From contig NC_089431.1 of the NCBI RefSeq assembly GCF_026210795.1, positions 3,658,001 to 3,722,000 of the forward strand: DNA of 64,000 nucleotides. Direction: 5' to 3'. Numbering within the stretch: position 1 is the stretch's first letter; each line of letters starts with the position of its first letter. This document shows, in pieces, positions 63,778-64,000 of this stretch. The notes below the pieces were generated by a model that did not search any database, had not been told where the DNA came from, and saw nothing but the letters and a program-made list of their open reading frames with translations. Source of the stretch: Rhizophagus irregularis (taxonomy: Eukaryota). A program made the translations under genes and the position numbers.

Positions 63778-64000
63778 CTAGGACCCAGAAATATATATAA
63801 AAGGGTCAGGTTTGAGTTTGCGTATTTTGAACTAAAAAAATCATGAAAATCTTTCCTTTTTTAGATAATTTCTGATAATGCCGGTCAGAATTTTATTTCC
63901 TCTTATAGTATCTGACTGACATTATCATAATTCTGGCCCTGAAAAAATGCGTACAGCTCATAGTAAAAAATTTTTTTCATCACCTGACCCCTATATATAT
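63778..64000. mobile_element. MITE truncated by the window end, same family as 1399-1566
   Basis: Left TIR ctaggacccagaaatatatataaaagggtcaggt; right TIR begins acctgacccctatatatat. Confidence 0.75.

Overview
Very AT-rich, intron-containing eukaryotic DNA. The gene content resembles an arbuscular mycorrhizal fungus (Glomeromycotina, Rhizophagus-like); this is inferred from gene families, not proven. The window holds seven BTB/POZ-BACK genes with hypervariable repeat tails, one apparently intact and four disrupted tyrosine-kinase-like kinase genes, a Sel1-repeat gene, many MITE/non-autonomous DNA transposons (hAT, Mutator, PIF/Harbinger-type TSDs), a MITE-containing tandem array and local segmental duplications. 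Main discovery: two divergent but homologous ~2.0-2.3 kb retroposed elements on the minus strand (13871-15881 and ~25244-27525). Each has a poly(A) tail, AATAAA, a 14-18 bp TSD at a TT/AA site, shared 5' and 3' non-coding motifs, and one intronless coiled-coil/RRM-like ORF with no reverse transcriptase or endonuclease. They look like an ORF1-only (HAL1-like) non-autonomous retrotransposon family. Second highlight: probable CUL3-adaptor BTB-BACK proteins with swappable Trp-periodic tails, two of them GW-rich (Argonaute-hook-like). No rRNA, tRNA or CRISPR was found. All alignments were made by eye.
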